Positions 63,795-64,000 of a DNA stretch of 64,000 bases are shown in pieces. The translations under genes were made by a program, and so were the position numbers. The stretch comes from a virus. Each line of letters starts with the position of its first letter. Position 1 is the first letter of the stretch. The notes below the pieces were generated by a model, which saw only the letters and a program-made list of their open reading frames with translations, ran no database searches and had not been told where the DNA came from. The stretch spans positions 64,001-128,000 of IMG/VR virus record IMGVR_UViG_3300033148_006964; one strand, written 5' to 3'.

Positions 63795-64000
63795 ATAAAA
63801 TCCTTTTTAAAAGATAGATGTAGATATAGTGACTTCACAAAACTATATCTACATCCTGGTCATTGCAACTACAATTGACATACAGACAAATATTTTAAAA
63901 TTACAGCGGGGAGGGTGCAAAAGCTGCTCGGTTAATAGCTTTCTTATTAACCGGCGCGTTGTACCTCCCCTAGGTAGTTTTTAAATATTATGCTGTGGTA

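Overview
This window is a 64-kb, AT-rich fragment of a large (probably jumbo) tailed phage genome using the standard genetic code. It has two convergent arms that meet at a terminator near 25.6 kb. The + strand arm (1-25477) holds virion genes: a baseplate-like protein, a tail-fibre-like protein, a 2704-aa protein with five beta-helix repeats, and a portal-like protein. Several of these genes carry long poly-serine tracts built from TCT-TCA-AGT units. The - strand arm (25626-63794) holds replication and accessory genes: primase-MCM helicase, SNF2 helicase, a DnaQ/PD-(D/E)XK fusion, pncA-pncB, kdsA, an acyl carrier protein, a Tad1-like sponge, an RRM protein, tRNA-Gln and a 5'-truncated IS200/IS605 element with an intact tnpB. 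The best candidate for a novel system is a self-contained ubiquitin-like conjugation operon at 25988-31271: promoter, E2-like, E2-like, JAB, E1/ThiF, tandem Ubl with two TKGN processing sites, terminator. Other highlights are three structured intergenic loci sharing a 17-nt GAAAC/GUUUC hairpin, a seven-copy GTTAT-N17-TATAAY promoter, a PncA/PncB NAD-salvage pair, a TnpB whose predicted guide matches a restored target 1.6 kb away with one seed mismatch, and evidence of serine-tract-mediated domain shuffling. All family calls come from motif reading by eye. No database searches or folding programs were run.
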